Counted from the stretch's first letter, positions 9,875 to 20,403 are shown. The stretch is DNA of 64,000 nt from Candidatus Onthoplasma sp. (GCA_045126575.1 JBGVOQ010000019.1:39876-103875), one strand, 5' to 3'. Notes: generated from the sequence alone by a model not told the origin. Numbers and translations are program-made.

Positions 9875-10624
9875 ATGGTTTTTATTTATATTCTTATAGG
9901 TATTGTGCAAGGGTTGACCGAATTTTTACCCGTTTCCAGTAGCGGACATATACTACTTCTTAGCGAAATCTTTAATGTTGACCTAGATATTATCTTTTTA
10001 AGCGTGGTGGCACATTTAGGTACTTTGCTATCGGTAATTATTTGTATGCGTAAAAAATTGGCATACTCAATCAAACACCCGTTTTGCAAAACCAACTGGC
10101 AATTACTGGTGGCAACCTTGCCTTGCGTGATAGGGGTGTTGCTGTTTAATGATTTGGTAGATAAATTATACTCTATCTACTTTTTGGTGGCGGGATTTTT
10201 AATTACCGGCATAGTGTTAATTGTGGCGGATATTATAAAACAAAAAAATCAAAAATTTGGTTACAAGCACGCAGTAAGTATGGGTATTATGCAAGCGGTG
10301 GCAATACTTCCAGGTATTAGTAGGTCGGGTAGTACTATGGCGGTGGGTATGATGAGTGGTGCAAATAAGGAAGACGCTTGTGAATTCACGTTTTTAATGA
10401 GTATACCTATTATAATCGCGTCAGCAGTATTTGAAAGTATTGAAATGTTTACAACTGGTGTAAACATACAAATTTTGCCATCAATATTAGTGTTTGTGAC
10501 ATCATTTATATTTGGAATATTGTCAATCAAATTAATGTTAAAAGTGCTTAAAAATAACAAACTTTACGTGTTTAGCATTTATCTATTAGTATTATCGGCA
10601 ATTACGCTATTGGTGGTACTTTAA
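9875..10624 (+). CDS. uppP: Undecaprenyl-diphosphate phosphatase
   Basis: 249 aa polytopic protein. BacA/UppP motifs GLTEFLPVSSSGH and PGISRSGST. Confidence 0.9.
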   Translation: MVFIYILIGIVQGLTEFLPVSSSGHILLLSEIFNVDLDIIFLSVVAHLGTLLSVIICMRKKLAYSIKHPFCKTNWQLLVATLPCVIGVLLFNDLVDKLYSIYFLVAGFLITGIVLIVADIIKQKNQKFGYKHAVSMGIMQAVAILPGISRSGSTMAVGMMSGANKEDACEFTFLMSIPIIIASAVFESIEMFTTGVNIQILPSILVFVTSFIFGILSIKLMLKVLKNNKLYVFSIYLLVLSAITLLVVL

Positions 10625-10784
10625 TTATTAACCATTTGTGTATGTTTTGTGGATAAGTAAAAATTTGGTTTTAAAGAAATTTGTAGTATTTTGTAAAAAG
10701 TAAAAAAAGTGCTACAAGTTTTTTTTAATTTGCCTATTGAAAAGTATTACAATATGTGCTATACTACGACTAGGAGAAATATGT

Positions 10785-11303
10785 ATGGAAGAAAAAAGAA
10801 TAATAGAAGAACTTGCTCAAAATATAAATCCTGTATTTAGCGAAATTAAAGATGGCGTTTTGGTAAAGGTTGATCCGCGTGACGTAAAAGATTATCAATA
10901 CACCACTCCACAGGAAGTTACTAAAATTGGATTTAGAGCATTTGAAAATTGTGTTTTGGCAGCAGTAACGATTGGTGATAATGTTACTGAGATTGGAAGA
11001 TGTGCGTTTCAAGGACAGGAGTGGCTGCAAAAAGTAAAGATGGGTAGCAATGTTGCCAAGATTGGTCCATATGCATTTAACGGTTGCACATCTTTGATGG
11101 ATGTTGAGTTGAACGATAAATTAAAAGAAATAGGAGAATGGGCATTCTATGATTGCTCGTATTTAGTACATATACCTTTACCTGAAAACCTTGAAAAGAT
11201 CGGAAAAGGAGCATTTAGTTGTACTCCTATTGAAAAAACTATTTATGGACAATTTGAAGAAAACAAAAAAGCAAGAGAAGAAAAAGTAGTGGCTAAAAAA
11301 TAG
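10785..11303 (+). CDS. Leucine-rich repeat (BspA-type, LRR_5) protein
   Basis: Repeating units ...IGxxAFxxCxxL...V..IG..AF. (IGFRAFENC, IGRCAFQG, IGPYAFNGC, IGEWAFYDC, IGKGAF). I prefer the ATG at 10785, preceded by AGGAG. Confidence 0.75.
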   Translation: MEEKRIIEELAQNINPVFSEIKDGVLVKVDPRDVKDYQYTTPQEVTKIGFRAFENCVLAAVTIGDNVTEIGRCAFQGQEWLQKVKMGSNVAKIGPYAFNGCTSLMDVELNDKLKEIGEWAFYDCSYLVHIPLPENLEKIGKGAFSCTPIEKTIYGQFEENKKAREEKVVAKK

Positions 11304-11475
11304 CCACTTCTTTTATAATAGTATTTTACAAAATAGTTTTATAAGTTTGCACAACAAATTGACTTTTGGCATTTTTAGTGATAAGATATAAGGGAATGAT
11401 GAATGAGTAATGCAAAGTGAATAATTAAGGACGCTTTCGCATTATAATAGAACTATAAGTTTTAATGGAGGAAAT

Positions 11476-12252
11476 ATGGCATTATCAGGAGATTATCATA
11501 CACATACTAAATACAGCCGCCGTAATCATGGCAAGGGCACAGTTGAGGAGCAAGTAAAGGCAGCGGTTGAAAAAGGTTTGGCACAAGTCGCAATTACTGA
11601 CCATGGATTTAATCAAGTGCTTTATGGCGTAAGGCGTAGCGATATGGCTAAAATGCGTGAGGAGATTGAGGAAGCAAAGGAACGTTATCCTATTGAAGTA
11701 TTGCAGGGCGTGGAAGCGAATTTGATTTCGGCACGTGGCGAGATAGATATTGAGCCGGGCGATTACGAATATCTTGATATACTACTTTGTGGATATCATA
11801 AATTGGTTAAGGGTAAACGTAAGCGTGATTTCTTTTTCCTATTTAAAAATTTATTATGCAGTGTGTTCCATATAACAACCAAACGTCAACGTGAGCGCAA
11901 CACAAATGCGTATATAAACGCTATGAAGAACTATGATATTGACGTGCTTACACATTTAAATCACGGCTGCAAGGTAGATGTTGCAAAGGTGGCAAAGGTA
12001 GCAAAGGAAACCAATACATATATCGAACTTAACGGCAAACGTCTTGGTATGACCGATAAGGAAATTATGACCGCATACAAGGAAGGTGCAAAGTTTATTA
12101 TTGATAGTGATGCACATAGTCCTAAACGTGTGGGTGATTGTCATTTAGGACTAGAGGCTATGTTAAGATTGGGTATTCCAGAAAGTGCGGTGGTAAACTA
12201 CAATAGTTTGCCAACATTTAAGGCGGAAAAACGAAGAAAGGCTAAAAAATAA
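11476..12252 (+). CDS. PHP-domain (histidinol-phosphatase-like) metal-dependent phosphoesterase
   Basis: N-terminal GDYHTHT, ITDHG and C-terminal DSDAHS metal-ligand motifs. Confidence 0.75.
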   Translation: MALSGDYHTHTKYSRRNHGKGTVEEQVKAAVEKGLAQVAITDHGFNQVLYGVRRSDMAKMREEIEEAKERYPIEVLQGVEANLISARGEIDIEPGDYEYLDILLCGYHKLVKGKRKRDFFFLFKNLLCSVFHITTKRQRERNTNAYINAMKNYDIDVLTHLNHGCKVDVAKVAKVAKETNTYIELNGKRLGMTDKEIMTAYKEGAKFIIDSDAHSPKRVGDCHLGLEAMLRLGIPESAVVNYNSLPTFKAEKRRKAKK

Positions 12253-13166
12253 TGATTAAAAATTTACAAAACGATATATTAGGGGGCATTTCTACAACCA
12301 GTTGTTGTAGCAATGCTTTTTTGAGTGCGGTAATTAGCGTAACTAGGGACGAGATTGATGAAAACCAAATGGTGCTTACTTGTCCTGATTTTTTGTACGA
12401 AAAATTTTGTACAATATTGCGTAACTTTTATCCAGACCTTAATATCCGTTTTTCAAAACTAGGACTAGTAGTTAGCGGAAGTAGTTTGATGGAACTGTTA
12501 AGCGAGTTGGATATTGCATACCTAAACAATGGTCAACTGGAACTATCCAACCCTTGTAACGAAACAATGCTTGCAAGCGAGTGTTGCAGGATAACGTATC
12601 TTAAAGGCGTGTTTTTGTGTGTAGGTAAAATTTATTACAATAGCGACTCCAGCGGAAATAGCCAAGGCTATAGTGTGGAGTTTGTGTTTAAGGATTATCA
12701 ACTGGCTGATGATGTTAAAGCACTTTGCAAGTTTTTAGGTATTAATTTAAAATCCACTAAACGTGGCAACAATGTGGTGCTATATTCCAAGGATAGTGCC
12801 GTGTTGGTAGAATTTTTGGTTAAAATTGGTGCTATGAACGAGGCTTTTGAACTTCAAAATAGTTTAGTAATGCGTGAAATGCGTAATGACGCTAACCGCA
12901 AAGGTAATTGCTTTGACGCAAACCTTAACAAAACTATTAATGCAAGCGTGGAGCAGGTGTTGGCAATAGATTATATTATCAACCATTATGGACTTGAATA
13001 TTTGGAACTTAGTTTGCAGGCGGTGGCATTACTTCGTATTGCAAATCCAGAAGCACCACTTAGCGAATTACAAAAATTATATCCACAGCCAATTACACGT
13101 GCTGGACTTAAATATAAATTAGATAAAATCATTTCGATTTATAAAGACCTAAAAGGAATTAGTTAA
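12252..13166 (+). CDS. whiA: DNA-binding protein WhiA
   Basis: 304 aa with a degenerate LAGLIDADG-like core and a C-terminal HTH (PLSELQKLYPQPITRAGLKYKLDKI). The start overlaps the stop of the PHP gene. Confidence 0.85.
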   Translation: MIKNLQNDILGGISTTSCCSNAFLSAVISVTRDEIDENQMVLTCPDFLYEKFCTILRNFYPDLNIRFSKLGLVVSGSSLMELLSELDIAYLNNGQLELSNPCNETMLASECCRITYLKGVFLCVGKIYYNSDSSGNSQGYSVEFVFKDYQLADDVKALCKFLGINLKSTKRGNNVVLYSKDSAVLVEFLVKIGAMNEAFELQNSLVMREMRNDANRKGNCFDANLNKTINASVEQVLAIDYIINHYGLEYLELSLQAVALLRIANPEAPLSELQKLYPQPITRAGLKYKLDKIISIYKDLKGIS

Positions 13167-13172
13167 TAAAGG

Positions 13173-13200
13173 TTGACAAATTGGGTAATTGGGGTATAAT
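13173..13200 (+). promoter_or_regulatory. Sigma-A-type promoter upstream of dnaE
   Basis: TTGACA (13173-13178), a 16-nt spacer, then TATAAT (13195-13200). Confidence 0.5.
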
Positions 13201-13223
13201 AACAAAAGAAAAAGGAGCAGAAT

Positions 13224-16200
13224 ATGGGAAACTTTGTGCATTTGCACGTGCATAGCGAATACAGTATTTTGGACGGGGCGGCACGTGTAGGCGATTTGGT
13301 AAAAAAAGCCAAAGAACTTGGCATGCCAGCGGTGGCTATTACTGACCATGGCAATATGTTTGCGTCATGTAAATTTTTTGATGAATGCAAAAAGCAAGGT
13401 GTTAAGCCTATATTTGGTTGCGAGTTTTACGTGTGTGATGACCTTACCGTTAAGCAAGGTAAAACTAAGTTAAACCACCTAGTATTGTTAGTTAAAAATG
13501 AGCAAGGATATAAAAGTATATCCAAACTTAATGCAATTGCATATCGTGACGGATTTTACTACAAACCTCGTATCGACCTTAAAACTTTGGAAGAGTATAG
13601 CGAAGGTTTGGTATGTTTAAGTGCATGTGTGGCGGGAGATATTCCGCAAGCAATTTTGCATGGTGATTTTGAGGAAGCAGAGCGTTTGGTGGTTTGGTTT
13701 AAACGTGTGTTTGGTGAAGATTTTTATATCGAACTTCAAAATCACGGAATTGCCGACCAGTTGACCGTTTTGCCATACCTAAAAGAATATGCTAAAAAGT
13801 ATAATATCAAGACAGTTATTACCAATGACGTACACTATGTAAATCGTGAAGATGCCGAAATGCAAGATGTGGCAATGTGTGTTGCAATGCAAAAAACAAT
13901 TGATGACCCTAATCGTATGAAGTTTGAAAATGATGAGTTTTATTTCAAATCATACGAAGAAATGGCCAACGTTTTCCCTGATGATTTACAGTCGCTTGAA
14001 AATACTTTGGAAGTTGCGGAAAAATGTAATTATGGCTTTGTGTATGGGCACTACTTATTCCCTAGATATGTACCAGCAGATGGCTCTAGCCCTAAGGAAT
14101 ATTTACTAAAGTTAATCCATGAAGGGCTTATTAAAAAGTATGGTGCACGCACACCAGAAATTGATGCACGTATTGATAGCGAAATGGCGGTTATTGAAAA
14201 ACAAGGATTTATCGAATACTTCCTAATTGTTTGGGACTACATTAATGCAGCACGTAGTATGGGTATTTCGGTTGGTCCAGGTCGTGGCTCTGGTGCGGGT
14301 AGTTTGATTGCTTATGCAATTGGCATTACCAATATCGACCCATTACGATACGACCTAATTTTTGAGCGTTTCCTACACAGCGAACGTGTAACTGCGCCCG
14401 ACTTTGATATCGACTTTGAAGACGTGCGCCGTGAAGAAGTTATTGATTATGTTAAAGGTAAGTACGGTGAAAACCGTATTGCTCGTATTATCACATTTGG
14501 TACAATGGCGGCTAAAAACGTAATCAAGGACGTTGGCCGTGTAATGCGTGTGCCATATTCAAAACTAGATAAAATTACTAAAAATATTCCTAAATTAAAA
14601 TCTCCAATTTTGCCTAAATGTTTTGGCTTTGACCCTAAAGCAAAACCAGACCAAATAGTGCAAGAACTTGTGGATATGTACAACGAAGATGAGGAAATCA
14701 AAAAGGCTGTAGATATTGCTGTTAAACTGGAAGATTTCCCTAGACAAACCTCAACTCACGCATGTGGTGTTATTATTGGTGCAGATGTACTAGACAAACA
14801 CGTTCCACTAGCACGTAACGGTGACGATATTACCACTCAATACGAAGGTGCAGAGATGGAGCACTTAGGTCACTTAAAAATGGACTTCCTAGGACTTAGA
14901 AACTTAAGTGATATTAAGGCATGTCTTCGTTATGTTAAGAAAAATCATGGCGTAGATATTGACTTTGATACATGTACCTATGATGACCCTAACGTGTACA
15001 AGTTGATTTCTACAGGCGATACTGAAGGTATATTCCAAATCGAAAGTGGCGGATTCCAAAGCTTTATGAGGGAGTTGCAACCAACCTGTTTGGAAGATAT
15101 TATTGCGGCGGTGTCGTTGTATCGACCTGGACCTATGGATAGTATTCCTCGTTACGTGCACAACAAGCACCACCCAGAGGATACAACTTATGACCACCCA
15201 ATACTTGAGCCAATTTTGAAAGTAACTTATGGCTGTATTGTATATCAAGAGCAAGTCATGAGGGTGTGTCAGGATATGGGCGGATTTACACTAGGTCAAG
15301 CCGACATGGTGCGCCGTGCCATGGGTAAGAAAAAACTTGAAGAAATGCAAAAAATGAAAGGCAAGTTTATTTATGGCGAGCCAGAGCATTATGAAGGCGA
15401 AAAATTTGTTGCAACCATTGATGGTGCATTAAAGCGCGGTGTGCCGCTTGATATTGCCGAAAAAATATGGCAGGAAATGGAAGGCTTTGCTTCCTACGCA
15501 TTTAATAAATCTCACGCAGCAGCATATTCATTAATTACGTATCAAACCGCATATCTAAAAACGTACTATATGCCAGAGTTTATTACCTCAATCTTAAACA
15601 ATCGTATTACCAATATTGATAAAATTAAATTCTATGTAGCATATGCTAAGCAAAAGAAGTTGGAAGTATTGCCACCAGATATCAACAAGAGTGAAACATA
15701 CTTTTCAACCGATGGTAAGTCTATCCGTTTTGGTATTGCTGCGCTTAAAAATGTTGGTGTGAATGTGGTGGAAGAAATTATTGCCGAGCGTGAACGTGGT
15801 GGCGACTTTAAGGACCTTATGGATTTTGTAAATCGTGTAGATGGTCAAGCACTTAACAAGCGATGTATTGAAAGTTTAATTCAAGCTGGAGCATTTGATT
15901 GTTTTGGTCGTACACGTAGTCAACTTATGGGTGTTTATACCATTGCAATCACTCGTGCGCTTGATGCTAAAAAGCGTGCTATGAGCGGGCAAATGGATAT
16001 GTTTGGCAGCCTGTTCAGTGATGATACCGGTATAGATGATTTGGAATATCCAGATATTCCTGAGTATGTAAACAAGGTTAAACTTCACCTTGAAAAAGAA
16101 ATTGCAGGTGTGTATCTATCCGGTCATCCACTAGATGAGTATGCTAGCCGTATGCAAAACTTTACAATGAACAGTTCAATGATTAGCGCGGGTGATGAGG

Positions 16201-16793
16201 AAGAAGGAACTATTAATAATGAAGATTTTGACCAAGTGGATACAGGCTTAAAAGATGGCGACCAAGTTACTTGCGGTGGCGTGATTACTATGGTTAAACC
16301 GGTAACTACTAAAGCTGGTCAAAAAATGGCAATTGCAACAATTGAAGATATGCTTGGAACATTTGATATTGTGTTATTCCCTAAAGTTTATGATAAGTTT
16401 AAGGAAGTGTTGCAGGAAGAGGCGATAGTTGCTATAAAAGGTAAGGTTTCAGTTCGTGATGGATTAAGTACTAGCATAAATGTGGACTTTATGGAAAGTA
16501 TGGTTGGCGAAAGTGCTGAGGAGCAACCTAAAGTTGAAAACACTCAACCAGAAGAACAAGTTCAAGAGAAGGTGCAATTATTACGTTTGTGTTTAATTTA
16601 TGATGTGAGCAACAAAGATTTGCATAATCAAATTTGCGAACTATTAAAGGAGTATCCAGGCGAAAGTGATGTGTACTTAAAAGATGAAATTTCAGGCAAT
16701 AGATATAAACTACCTCAAAAGGTGGAAATACGTCAATCACTTCGCTACGAACTTGAAAGTATGCTTGGTAGCGACAATATAATAATCGCATAG
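13224..16793 (+). CDS. dnaE: DNA polymerase III alpha subunit (DnaE type)
   Basis: 1189 aa. PHP N-terminus FVHLHVHSEYSILDGA, GRGSGAGSLIAYAIGIT, and a C-terminal OB-fold. Confidence 0.97.
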   Translation: MGNFVHLHVHSEYSILDGAARVGDLVKKAKELGMPAVAITDHGNMFASCKFFDECKKQGVKPIFGCEFYVCDDLTVKQGKTKLNHLVLLVKNEQGYKSISKLNAIAYRDGFYYKPRIDLKTLEEYSEGLVCLSACVAGDIPQAILHGDFEEAERLVVWFKRVFGEDFYIELQNHGIADQLTVLPYLKEYAKKYNIKTVITNDVHYVNREDAEMQDVAMCVAMQKTIDDPNRMKFENDEFYFKSYEEMANVFPDDLQSLENTLEVAEKCNYGFVYGHYLFPRYVPADGSSPKEYLLKLIHEGLIKKYGARTPEIDARIDSEMAVIEKQGFIEYFLIVWDYINAARSMGISVGPGRGSGAGSLIAYAIGITNIDPLRYDLIFERFLHSERVTAPDFDIDFEDVRREEVIDYVKGKYGENRIARIITFGTMAAKNVIKDVGRVMRVPYSKLDKITKNIPKLKSPILPKCFGFDPKAKPDQIVQELVDMYNEDEEIKKAVDIAVKLEDFPRQTSTHACGVIIGADVLDKHVPLARNGDDITTQYEGAEMEHLGHLKMDFLGLRNLSDIKACLRYVKKNHGVDIDFDTCTYDDPNVYKLISTGDTEGIFQIESGGFQSFMRELQPTCLEDIIAAVSLYRPGPMDSIPRYVHNKHHPEDTTYDHPILEPILKVTYGCIVYQEQVMRVCQDMGGFTLGQADMVRRAMGKKKLEEMQKMKGKFIYGEPEHYEGEKFVATIDGALKRGVPLDIAEKIWQEMEGFASYAFNKSHAAAYSLITYQTAYLKTYYMPEFITSILNNRITNIDKIKFYVAYAKQKKLEVLPPDINKSETYFSTDGKSIRFGIAALKNVGVNVVEEIIAERERGGDFKDLMDFVNRVDGQALNKRCIESLIQAGAFDCFGRTRSQLMGVYTIAITRALDAKKRAMSGQMDMFGSLFSDDTGIDDLEYPDIPEYVNKVKLHLEKEIAGVYLSGHPLDEYASRMQNFTMNSSMISAGDEEEGTINNEDFDQVDTGLKDGDQVTCGGVITMVKPVTTKAGQKMAIATIEDMLGTFDIVLFPKVYDKFKEVLQEEAIVAIKGKVSVRDGLSTSINVDFMESMVGESAEEQPKVENTQPEEQVQEKVQLLRLCLIYDVSNKDLHNQICELLKEYPGESDVYLKDEISGNRYKLPQKVEIRQSLRYELESMLGSDNIIIA

Positions 16794-16798
16794 AATAT

Positions 16799-16833
16799 AA
16801 AGGACTTTAAGGATTACCTTAAGGTCTTTTTTT
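16799..16833 (+). terminator. Rho-independent terminator after dnaE
   Basis: Stem of about 12 bp (AAGGACTTTAAGG / CCTTAAGGTCTT) followed by a T7 run. Confidence 0.7.
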
Positions 16834-16888
16834 AAATTGTTTGACAATAAGGTTTGAGGAGTGATATAATAGTTCTAAGGAGAAGGGT

Positions 16889-17389
16889 ATGAAATTTTTA
16901 AAATGGTTTTTTGGTTATGGTGCAAAATACCGTAAACAGGCTGAAGCGTATGAGGATAATAATCGCACGATAGGACCAATTGCTAACTTTATTGTACTTG
17001 TTTTTACAACCGCTATTCCGCTACTTGCATTATGGGGAATGTTTAAACTTCCTTGGGCAGATATGTGGCCAGCGAATTTATTATGCATGGCACTTGCATT
17101 TGGTTCGATCTTTAAAGTTCCATCAGAGCTTATGATATTTAGCCTTGTGGCAATCCGTCATGGAATTAAAACTAGGGTTGAAAATAAGGTAGAAAGTTTG
17201 GCAAACGAACATTTGGAAGATGACAACATTGGCAAGGTGATTGTTGAAGAAACTATTACTAATCGTAAAGGCAAACGTACAAAACCTGTTTGGGACTTTA
17301 TTATTGGAACAATAGGTATTTTGTTATCAATAGGTGTTGTAATTGCGTTTGTTGCGTTGTTCTTCTGGTTCCTAGCACATATTGGATAA
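16889..17389 (+). CDS. Hypothetical membrane protein
   Basis: 166 aa with 3-4 TM helices. RBS AAGGAGAAGGG. Own promoter-like TTGACA/TATAAT elements just upstream. Confidence 0.6.
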   Translation: MKFLKWFFGYGAKYRKQAEAYEDNNRTIGPIANFIVLVFTTAIPLLALWGMFKLPWADMWPANLLCMALAFGSIFKVPSELMIFSLVAIRHGIKTRVENKVESLANEHLEDDNIGKVIVEETITNRKGKRTKPVWDFIIGTIGILLSIGVVIAFVALFFWFLAHIG

Positions 17390-17392
17390 ATC

Positions 17393-17424
17393 AAAAAACT
17401 CAGTAGTTAAATACTGAGTTTTTT
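17393..17424 (+). terminator. Rho-independent terminator
   Basis: AAAAAACTCAGTA-loop-TACTGAGTTTTTT. Confidence 0.8.
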
Positions 17425-17632
17425 GATAATGAAGGCGCTACGCTTATGAAAATATGAAGGCGCTAAACTTTGTTTGCTAATGAAGAGCAACTTGCGTTGC
17501 ATTAAGGATAAATTATAACTAATCTTTAATAAGTAGTAAAGTTATAAATTTACATTTTTATATTAAAGCATAGTATATAACATATTTTTTATGTTAATAA
17601 ATTAAATTGATAAAAATTTTTGTCAAAAACTA

Positions 17633-17661
17633 TTGATTAATTTTTTAAAGTGTGGTATTAT
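17633..17661 (+). promoter_or_regulatory. Sigma-A-type promoter for rpsF-ssb-rpsR
   Basis: TTGATT, a 17-nt spacer, then extended -10 TGgTATTAT. Confidence 0.5.
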
Positions 17662-17734
17662 AGGTGCGTATGTAAAACCATACCTTGTCTTAAATTTATA
17701 TGTTTAAGACCGAAAAGTCCAAAAGGAGGTTAAT

Positions 17735-18016
17735 ATGAACAAGTACGAACTTATGTACATTTTAGTTAATAGTGCTAGTGATGAAGAAAAAGACGCTATG
17801 ATTGAAAAAATCAATGCACTTATTACTAAAAATGGTGGAGTTGTGGAAAGTGTTGACAAAATTGGTAGCAAGAAATTGGCATACGAAATCAACAAAAAGC
17901 ATGACGGATATTATGTTTTAGTTAATTTCAGTGCTGATAGTAAAGTTCCAGCAACACTTACTAACACACTAAGAATTACTGAAGGCGTTTTACGTTATAT
18001 CGTAGTAGCAAAGTAA
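17735..18016 (+). CDS. rpsF: 30S ribosomal protein S6
   Basis: 93 aa (MNKYELMYIL...). Sits in the conserved rpsF-ssb-rpsR order. Confidence 0.95.
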   Translation: MNKYELMYILVNSASDEEKDAMIEKINALITKNGGVVESVDKIGSKKLAYEINKKHDGYYVLVNFSADSKVPATLTNTLRITEGVLRYIVVAK

Positions 18017-18036
18017 TTTGCTAAAAGGAGCAATTT

Positions 18037-18444
18037 ATGAACAAAGTATTTTTAATTGGAAATCTTACAAGAGATCCAGAATTATCTACCACAAATTCAG
18101 GTATTTCTGTTTGCAGAATATCTATTGCGGTATCTCGTCGTTTTGCTAGTCCAGATGGCTCTAGGGAAACAGATTTCTTTAACGTAGTTGCTTGGCGTGC
18201 AATCGCTGAAAATTGTGCTAAATACCTTAAGAAAGGTAGCAAAATTGCCGTTATGGGTACTATTCAAAATCGTTCTTATGAAGGCAACGATGGCACTAAG
18301 CGTTACACAACTGATATAACTGCTGAGGAAATCGAATTCTTGTCAACCAAGGGTGACGAAACTGCTTCTGACAATGGTATGAGCCATGAACCAGACACAG
18401 GTTTACAACCTATTGATGATGACGATAACACTTTACCATTCTAG
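18037..18444 (+). CDS. ssb: Single-stranded DNA-binding protein
   Basis: OB-fold N-terminus MNKVFLIGNLTRDPEL and an acidic C-terminal tail ending DDDDNTLPF. Confidence 0.95.
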   Translation: MNKVFLIGNLTRDPELSTTNSGISVCRISIAVSRRFASPDGSRETDFFNVVAWRAIAENCAKYLKKGSKIAVMGTIQNRSYEGNDGTKRYTTDITAEEIEFLSTKGDETASDNGMSHEPDTGLQPIDDDDNTLPF

Positions 18445-18495
18445 TAAAGTTAATGTGTGTCGATTACACAACTAAATTATTTTAAGGAGTACACT

Positions 18496-18792
18496 ATGAG
18501 TGAAGAATTACAAACTGTAGTTGCTGAAAGCGCAGAAGTTGCTGCTCCAGCACCAGTAGAAAAGAAGAAGTTTTTCAAGCACAAAAACAAGAAAAAGGTT
18601 TGCTTGTTCTGTGAAAATAAGGACAAAGTTGTAGATTACAAGGATGTTGCTACACTTCGTAAGTTTGTTACAGAAAAAGGTAAGATTTTACCTTCACGTC
18701 AAACTGGCACTTGCCCTAAGCACCAACGTGCTATCACAGTTGCTGTTAAGCGTGCTAGAAATATTGCATTGTTACCTTTCAGAGGTGAGTAA
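18496..18792 (+). CDS. rpsR: 30S ribosomal protein S18
   Basis: Core sequence [44 protein letters not shown] prefer the ATG at 18496, preceded by AAGGAG. Confidence 0.93.
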   Translation: MSEELQTVVAESAEVAAPAPVEKKKFFKHKNKKKVCLFCENKDKVVDYKDVATLRKFVTEKGKILPSRQTGTCPKHQRAITVAVKRARNIALLPFRGE

Positions 18793-18796
18793 TAAC

Positions 18797-18834
18797 AAAA
18801 AGACAAACATTGGTTGGATGTTTGTCTTTTTTTC
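18797..18834. terminator. Bidirectional terminator between rpsR and the flippase gene
   Basis: AAAAGACAAACAT-loop-ATGTTTGTCTTTTTTT, flanked by an A-run and a T-run. Confidence 0.8.
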
Positions 18835-18855
18835 TTGACTATTTTTATTATAGCA

Positions 18856-20379
18856 TTATTTAGATTTTTTTATAAAACTTTTAAATGTAGATAATGTCTG
18901 TTTAAATCCATTGCTTGGAAGATATGCTATTAGTAATAATACACCGCATAACGGAATGCATGTAGCAAATTTTGCAATTAGCAACCAAATTCCACCATCC
19001 GGAATAAATGAGCACACAAAGTAACAAATTGTGCCAACTGCAATCATTATAAGAGTATCAATTAAATATTGCCTAAAGTATGACCAAACATTCTTTTTAA
19101 AGTAATGTTTGTATAATACTTTGGGTTCAATCCAAAGAGGTACTAAAATAGTACTCAAAATTGTCCCTAAAATTATACCATTTATCCCCATGAATATTCC
19201 AAGAATAATTGACGCAATTAAATTTATTAATGATTCCGCAATTGGAGCAAATCGATTGTACCAAAATAAACCAGCGCCTTCTCTAAATACGCCAGTCCCA
19301 GCGCGCATTTGATTTAGATAAAAACTAATACATAATAATAGTACAGTAGAGGAGTTAAATAGGTAAATGCCACCGCCTGTCCATAATAATATAAATGGAT
19401 TTAACAAAACCAATAAACATATTGCAAAAAATGATGACATTATAGAAAATAATAGGTTAATTGTTTTGTATGTGTAATAAACATATTCATTATTTTTGTC
19501 GGCAATTAAATTGCCTACACTTCCTTTTAAAGATGTTGAAATCAATGTTACAAATGAGGTTAACGATGCAATTATTAAATAGTAATTTGAGTAAGCGCCG
19601 AGAACGACAAGTCCAGTAATTGAAGATATTAATATATTATCGGTTGAAAATACTACTGCACCACCAAGCTTGTGTAAACTAAGCGCGGCAACGTTTTTTG
19701 AAATCTCTTTTTTTGTTTGAATATCTAAAGGTTGAGATTTTCCGTTAATATTAGGGTATAATTTATTTGTAGCAGACCTTATCCACACACATTCGATAAA
19801 TGTAAAAATAATATTAATTATAAAGTAAAAATAATAGTTTTTAAGGGCAATCAATATTAATATTTGGAATAACGTCATACCAAACAAGCAAAAGGTTTTG
19901 ATTTTGTTTTCAACATCATTGCGTTGGTATGCAAACAGTAATGATCTTTTATGTGCGGAAATATAACTTATTAACGTATTTGCTAAATACATTAAGTATA
20001 GTATATAAATATTTATATCAACAGTGACATCTCCTTTAATTAGTACATCCAGGAAAGGAAGAAGTGTTAATCCTATAACTAAAATAACTATGAAGATTAT
20101 AGAATAAAACTTTTTGTATAGAGATTGCAAGGATTTTACTTTTTCAAGATCTCCATCATTAATTGGCTTGTACATACTAAATACGATAGCGCTTCCAATT
20201 CCTAGTTCGGCAAGATTTAAAAATGATAAAATGTTTGTAAATAAACCATTAAGTCCTAGATATTCTGCACCCATGGTATAGATTAAAACAGTACGTAAAA
20301 CAAACTGCAACAATAATTGTGTTGCAAATTTAATAATATTAGCTGTTAAATTTCTTTTGATATTATTAGATCTTGTCAT
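18856..20379 (-). CDS. Polysaccharide/oligosaccharide flippase (Wzx/MOP superfamily)
   Basis: 507 aa with about 14 TM helices. Last gene of a glycosyltransferase operon. Confidence 0.8.
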   Translation of the reverse strand: MTRSNNIKRNLTANIIKFATQLLLQFVLRTVLIYTMGAEYLGLNGLFTNILSFLNLAELGIGSAIVFSMYKPINDGDLEKVKSLQSLYKKFYSIIFIVILVIGLTLLPFLDVLIKGDVTVDINIYILYLMYLANTLISYISAHKRSLLFAYQRNDVENKIKTFCLFGMTLFQILILIALKNYYFYFIINIIFTFIECVWIRSATNKLYPNINGKSQPLDIQTKKEISKNVAALSLHKLGGAVVFSTDNILISSITGLVVLGAYSNYYLIIASLTSFVTLISTSLKGSVGNLIADKNNEYVYYTYKTINLLFSIMSSFFAICLLVLLNPFILLWTGGGIYLFNSSTVLLLCISFYLNQMRAGTGVFREGAGLFWYNRFAPIAESLINLIASIILGIFMGINGIILGTILSTILVPLWIEPKVLYKHYFKKNVWSYFRQYLIDTLIMIAVGTICYFVCSFIPDGGIWLLIAKFATCIPLCGVLLLIAYLPSNGFKQTLSTFKSFIKKSK

Positions 20380-20403
20380 AGTTTTGAATATACTTTAGCG
20401 AAA

